Source: Squalus acanthias
Lineage: Eukaryota
Length of the DNA: 64,000 nucleotides
Assembly (NCBI GenBank): GCA_030390025.1
Contig: CM059432.1
Location: 119,166,001-119,230,000 of the forward strand
Direction: 5' to 3'
The notes under the pieces were generated by a model. It had not been told where the DNA came from, made no database searches, and was given only the letters and a program-made list of their open reading frames with translations. The translations under genes and the position numbers were made by a program. Below are positions 60,692-64,000 of this stretch, piece after piece. The number at the start of each line of letters is the position of its first letter. The stretch's first letter is position 1.

Positions 60692-62491
60692 TCAGAAGTC
60701 CGGGTTGCCTGGGGCTGTTGCTACCTTTCCGTGCGAAATCATAAGAGACCGCATGGCTCCCAACATTGATTCTATCGCATCGGGATGGATAGGCACACCA
60801 GCTCCCCTATCAGAGACAGGCGCCAGGGCTCGGACTGCGGGATTTTTATCCCTGGACTCCTTCCAAGGGTTCCTGCAGTTCTTGCGCCAGTGCCCTGTCT
60901 TTCCGCATCCGAAACAAGCATTACTGGCCTGTGGGACGCGATTTCCCTCCTGATGCCACTCCTTTTGAGCCGGGGCTGTGGGCCGCACCTCATGCACCTT
61001 TCCCTTAAGGGGACGTGCTCCCGTACTCCTGGTGTTACGGTACCCTACCGTGAGTCGGTTTAGGACCGACTCCTCTGTTGTGGCGGGGTTAGTGGGATCA
61101 AACCACGCTTTGGCCTGCTCCCTGACGGCTGGCAAACTGTTGGCTACTATACACCTGAGCCAATGAGTTAAACCGACACCGTCTATGCGGTGACGCGCTG
61201 GCGCGCCTGGGCAGCTACGTTGATATACTGGCCACAGCCTGTCGGCGAAAACTTTCGGGGGTTCTCCCTCCATCTGCACTGTTTGTCCCAATCTAACGAA
61301 CGGACCTTCATCGTCCGCTCCCAACACTTCTAGGACCTCATCTCTTAACTCCTCATAGGTATTATTTCCCCTCTTGCTCTCGTCTGAGAGACACTGAAGG
61401 ATCGAGCTGTCTAATGAGAACAGCAGCATTTTTGCTTTTTCCCCATCGTCGCAGCCGTTAATGGCTGCGGTCTGCTCTACCTCCCTGAAATGTACGGAAG
61501 GGTCGTCTGACTCGGACAGCTTCCGTACGTGACTGATCATGGCCCTCAGCTGGTGTGCATTGTGCGGCAACACAAGCTGGCTGAGGAGATCCCCCTCTGC
61601 CCCACCGTCTCTGTTCGGGCCCCTTTTGATACCCGTGACCGGACACAACGGTCCCGGCTTCACTTCTACCTCAGGGGGCTGTACTACCTCGGGGACCTCT
61701 TCCTCTACTTCTACCACTTCCTTCCTCACCCAGGTTGCCGAATAGCTGGGTGGCGCGGAGGGCACAGTGGCAAATACCTCCTCTGCCTTGTTCGGTGGGG
61801 ATTTCTGAAATTCCCCACCCACCAGCGGCTGGTGTGCTGACGGGCTGATAAGGCACACCATGCCGTGCGCTTTATTCAGGGCCTCTTTGAGGTTCCCTAT
61901 CTCACTATGGCAGACGCTGTGATCGGCCCCCTCATGTTTATCCTCGAGGGCCATCTTATATGCCGCCCTAACCCCCGTTAAGCTCTCTTCCTGGGCTTTT
62001 ATTTGGGTAGCTAGGCGGGCACATCGCTCCCTTATTCTGCCCTCATTTAATTTTGCCTCAGTGACCTGGCACTCGAGGTAATCTATTTTCGCCTCATGGT
62101 GGTTGGCGACTAACTGGCGTTCTTGATGCAACGCATTTAAAGACGCGATGAGCTGCTGCTCCCCCGCGACCTTCTCGTCCATTTCCACCTCTAAACCCTT
62201 GATCTGAGCTGCCTGCGCTACGATGACCTGGTCCGAAAGCTGGACTTGTCTTTTATAGCACATCAGCCAGACCGCTTTCTCTACAGTTTTTTTATGTTCC
62301 TTGCTACCTGTCCACCTCACGGCTGCCTCTAGTGGACGCTTATCCACCAGCAGGTCACTTATCCATCTCTTAGTCAAATTCACTTTTCCAAAAACATAAT
62401 CGGCTATTCTCTCTTCCATAACATTTCGCCCATTCATACCAGGGTCTAACACATTATTTTCTCGCTGCCAGTGTCCCTTTGTGGTCGCCAT
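60692..62491 (-). CDS. gag: Gag polyprotein (coiled coil, late domains, capsid-like region, one CCHC knuckle)
   Basis: PSAPPSY; HFREVEQTAAINGCDDGEKAKMLL; QMEGEPPKVFADRL (MHR-like); CFGCGKTGHWRKNC (60916-60875). Confidence 0.9.
   Translation of the reverse strand: MATTKGHWQRENNVLDPGMNGRNVMEERIADYVFGKVNLTKRWISDLLVDKRPLEAAVRWTGSKEHKKTVEKAVWLMCYKRQVQLSDQVIVAQAAQIKGLEVEMDEKVAGEQQLIASLNALHQERQLVANHHEAKIDYLECQVTEAKLNEGRIRERCARLATQIKAQEESLTGVRAAYKMALEDKHEGADHSVCHSEIGNLKEALNKAHGMVCLISPSAHQPLVGGEFQKSPPNKAEEVFATVPSAPPSYSATWVRKEVVEVEEEVPEVVQPPEVEVKPGPLCPVTGIKRGPNRDGGAEGDLLSQLVLPHNAHQLRAMISHVRKLSESDDPSVHFREVEQTAAINGCDDGEKAKMLLFSLDSSILQCLSDESKRGNNTYEELRDEVLEVLGADDEGPFVRLGQTVQMEGEPPKVFADRLWPVYQRSCPGAPARHRIDGVGLTHWLRCIVANSLPAVREQAKAWFDPTNPATTEESVLNRLTVGYRNTRSTGARPLKGKVHEVRPTAPAQKEWHQEGNRVPQASNACFGCGKTGHWRKNCRNPWKESRDKNPAVRALAPVSDRGAGVPIHPDAIESMLGAMRSLMISHGKVATAPGNPDF
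62473..62490 (-). promoter_or_regulatory. Primer binding site, tRNA-Arg type
   Basis: TGGCGACCACAAAGGGAC; one mismatch to the Arg PBS TGGCGACCACGAAGGGAC (recalled from memory); 5 nt after the LTR-terminal TTACA. Confidence 0.85.
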
Positions 62492-62495
62492 TATC

Positions 62496-64000
62496 TGTAA
62501 GGGGTGACGTGTGGCTCTGTGCTTAGCCTGAGTGCTAGTGCGGGGTTAGGCCTTGTTGCCTGTTCTGGTCTCCAGCCAGCCTGGTAACACTAGACACCTG
62601 TGAGTGGTTCGACCCACTCGCCCTTACGGTTCTGACACTGGACTTAGGTGCGAGAGCAATAATGCAGAGAAAACTCAGGTAGACCCGGTTGAATAGTGCG
62701 AAATGGAAAATCTTTATTGCATATTATTCAAGATTACGAGATACATGTCATAAGCACAGATTAATGACAGTACAATCTTACATACAGTTATGAAACTAAT
62801 TTTAGGGAAACGAGGAGTGCACGACACATCGTAAAAGGGGACACACATTATAATTATCCTTAAAACTTGAACCCTCCCCTATCAATACCTGTCCTAATCT
62901 AGATTTGTAGGATCGAGACTCATGCTCACCACTCGTGATAACTCGGAGAATTCCGAAACTCTGCTCGGATGTTTTTACCGCAGCACCTGACTATCCACAT
63001 GTTGATCAGGGGTCTCTGTACCCCACTTGTTTACTTGCTTCTGCTCCGGCTAGCAGGCTGGACCATCTGCTGTCATGAAGATCTGTGTTGTCCTCGGAGT
63101 TCTGATACTACTCAAAAAAGAGTCTTCCTGTGCCCTACACCGGTTCGATAGAACTCGAAGAAGGGTCTTCCTGGGCCAATTGTGAAGAAGTCGGTAGAAT
63201 TCAAAGAAGTGTTTAATCGACTTACAGGCGCGGTCGGGGCTTACTGACCGTGGCGATACGTATTGTCATCTTCTTCTCTTCTCATCTCATCTCATCTCAT
63301 CTCCTCTCGGGCCTTCGGTTCCAACACCGTTTACCGACTCCTCGGGATGGTGCGCCCGCTTCCAGGCCTTCACAGCCCAGTTCTCCACAGATCTTCGCGG
63401 CAAGCCACGAGGTTGATCCTAGCGGATTAGAGTCCAGAGTCGTCAGGCAAGAGAGTAAGAGTTCAGCAGCCTTCCAACGAGTCAAAACAGCAAGAGAAAT
63501 ATGGACGGTTGTACTTTACAGTTATAGTGCTGTAATTCCTCTTTTCCCGCCCAATCTTAATGTCTATCTTTTGTCAGGTTTTTGGCGCTCAAACTTCTTG
63601 TATGGGGTGATCTCAGTCTTTAATGGGTTTCGGTGACACTTGTAACTGCCTGAGTACCCGTTAATATTTCTCCCATTGTGGAACCGGCTAGTAGTCTCCC
63701 TGGAGGGGTTTTGGGCTTCCAAATGCTTGCTGTAAGTACCCGCGAACGGCTCTCTCATCGTAGAGCCGTGGGGATTTTGCATATTAATGTCTTTGGATGG
63801 GTCCTTGATCGCTCAGTACAATAGCCCTTGTTTGCACCTGGGGGACCGATTCCAGTATTTATGTTTAAAATGCAAACCCATCATGTCTTGTCATTATCTC
63901 AAATGTGCTGAGTCCTGTTCGATCTTGTTGAAATGTTTATTGAAATGCCATCTTGTCTGCCTACTGAAAGTCTAGAACTTTCTGCCACGAGGCGTGGCGG
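62496..64000 (-). repeat. 5' LTR (probably over 1.5 kb, extending past the window)
   Basis: Ends CCCCTTACA before the PBS; AATAAA near 62715; ATTGG/GGGCGG/TATAA-like cluster near 63520-63560; motif order parallels solo LTR 42859-44037. Confidence 0.7.

Larger units (their letters stand above)
58143..64000 (-). mobile_element. Retrovirus-like LTR element lacking pol: LTR-PBS-gag-ORF2-env; 3' end missing
   Basis: Three consecutive open minus-strand ORFs after an LTR end and PBS; no PR/RT/RNase H/IN motifs recognised. Confidence 0.85.

Noticed and set aside
1..64000. CRISPR arrays, rRNA or prokaryotic operons
   Set aside because: No regularly spaced repeats or rRNA motifs; content is vertebrate TE sequence

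Overview
Eukaryotic, almost entirely transposable-element-derived DNA. The mix of Deu-domain SINEs, an HE1-like V-SINE, CR1/L2 LINEs, Penelope-like elements and Harbinger transposons suggests a cartilaginous fish (inference). I could not identify a host protein-coding exon. Main elements: (1) a young Penelope-like retroelement (10265-15824) with an inverted terminal repeat, a truncated copy, a full-length RT/GIY-YIG copy, three minimal hammerhead ribozymes and a 14-bp TSD; (2) a structurally complete but decayed PIF/Harbinger transposon (20899-24867), plus many deleted derivatives and MITEs, several with ATT TSDs; (3) two solo LTRs with 4-bp TSDs; (4) the most unusual feature, a minus-strand retrovirus-like element (about 58143 to beyond 64000). 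It has a long 5' LTR, a tRNA-Arg PBS, an intact gag, an accessory ORF resembling the Gag coiled coil where pol should be, and an env-like ORF joining an Ig-like domain to an F-type fusion protein. No protease, RT or integrase is visible. All family assignments come from motif recognition by eye; no database searches were run.
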